From Octopus sinensis (Eukaryota), in assembly GCF_006345805.1 (NCBI RefSeq), contig NC_043002.1, positions 100,068,001 through 100,132,000 on the forward strand: a stretch of 64,000 nucleotides of DNA, in the 5' to 3' direction. The notes beneath the pieces were generated by a model. That model worked only from the letters and a program-made list of their open reading frames with translations. It did not search any database and was not told where the DNA came from. Positions 62,362-64,000 of this stretch are shown piece by piece. Both the position numbers and the translations under genes were made by a program. How positions within the stretch are numbered: the first letter of the stretch is position 1; every line of letters begins with the position of its first letter.

Positions 62362-63834
62362 ACTGTCTGTCTGAGCTGCGTATAATTTTATATATGGGAA
62401 TATGAAATTTTATCTTTACGTGTTTTAAAGACATGCAGCTTGTATTCGCTCTTTGCTTGTATATCCACATATATGCATTTTAATGCATTTACACGTTTAT
62501 AAACAGTAATGTATGCATCCGTGTGTGTACGAGTAGGTATTTTCGTATGATTATACTTGCGTATAGTGTTATAATACGTGTTAATTTTCTCCATCTTAGT
62601 GCCTCCCCTCACCCTCACCCCACCTTATGTTATATTTATTATTCCTCTAACTGACCTATATAAACTTCAACACAAGTGGACATTTCTATGCTCTCCGATG
62701 AAGAATATTTAATATTTTGTTCTCACGGTATAGCATTTACATCGCACTCTGACTATTTGTGTAAATATTTTGCATGCTCAGGGTATGACATTTTCCTCCT
62801 ATCATACTGTTTTACTTGTACGGCATTAATTTCACATACATTGTTTCATTCTTGTATTCATACATTGTATTCATACGCAATATGTTTTAAATTACTTGAG
62901 AAAAGGACATTGAAAGAAGATTTTAGGTGAATAAAATAAAAGTGTTTCATTCCAAATTGTCGATATTTGTGAAAATTAACAGTCAAATATACACTGCTAT
63001 CTGGCTTTATTGATTTCAATTAATAGAAATCGACATAGTTTCTGAATATAAATTTGTAAATTAAATTCTCCGCTTATCAAAACATAAAACATATTTAATA
63101 TTTACATATTATTAAAAGTAATTATGTGAATATATAGATATTCAATTATTTGTTTTCTTGAGCGTCTTAATTACCGATAGATGTACATATATTCATTCTT
63201 CAAGCAATGCTTTCCATTATTGATGTTTTCATTGGCCGGTAGTCATATCACGTTTATTTCATTTTAACCCAAAATCCTGAGTTGAATATTTTATTTTCCA
63301 AATATTTTGCACTACGGGGCACTCGTTTCTTCAGCCATTCAGTAGTAATCCTAACGATTTTGACATCCCCATCCAGCTCTAACAAGTACAGGCTATGCTT
63401 CCAGAGAATGTCCGAGTTCTTAAAGCAATCGCCACAAAAAAATGGACTTAGTTATAATCACTCAAACCAAACAGTATCTAAGCAATTAGTTTAAACATGT
63501 ATAAGCATAACATTTTAAAGTACTTCTAGGAATAACAATTGAGCAATTACTGAAGGTGTCGATCTATACCAGGTAGTCCCAAACTGCATGAACAAGCGGA
63601 TAGGCGAAACTTGAAATATTGGTCTAGGACGTTCTAAGGACTGGACGTCTTCTATCTTTTCTCTTTTCAAAGAAAATATTTCTTTCAGCGTTCACTATAT
63701 TTAACCTCGTTCTGGTCTAACGACTTTCCATGTTTGTTTTCGTTCGGTTTCTTTGTATGTCACCACCGTCCTTTTTTTTGTTCCCAACTTTCACTCTACA
63801 TAAACTCCAAAATTTATTTTGGAAGTTATGGGAG

Positions 63835-63898
63835 CATATATATACATATATATGTATATATATGTATAATATATATATGCATATATATATGTGTTATA

Positions 63899-63957
<59 letters not shown>

Positions 63958-64000
63958 GTAGTTGCATATACATGCATATATGTATACGCATATATATATA
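63835..64000 (+). repeat. (TA)n/(TATG) array running to the window end
   Basis: Direct reading. Confidence 0.93.

Overview
AT-rich, microsatellite-dense animal genomic DNA with no supportable host gene and no prokaryotic features. The SINE repertoire suggests an octopod cephalopod such as Octopus (inference from recognition, not searched). The window is a transposon graveyard: several tRNA-derived SINE families in many copies, one near-complete and one truncated mariner plus a mariner MITE, RTE-BovB-like, CR1/L2-like and CRE-like LINE relics, and a perfect 247-bp tandem array. The most interesting signal is a set of Penelope-like elements (PLEs) and PLE-like relics carrying minimal hammerhead-ribozyme (HHR) motifs. 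(i) A 2.83-kb PLE at 29393-32220 has an RT + GIY-YIG pseudogene, a 13-bp TSD and inverted terminal repeats, each made of a tRNA-like Pol III promoter head, (AAT)n and a hammerhead. (ii) An ORF-less fold-back at 26562-26822 has a hammerhead core with the reciprocal G3:C8 pair. (iii) Further HHR motifs lie at ~13.3 kb and ~57.9 kb. (iv) An asymmetric fold-back layout, with an extra tail on one arm only, recurs at three loci, two of them inside (TA)n arrays. All alignments, translations and folds were done by eye, so coordinates may be off by a few bases.
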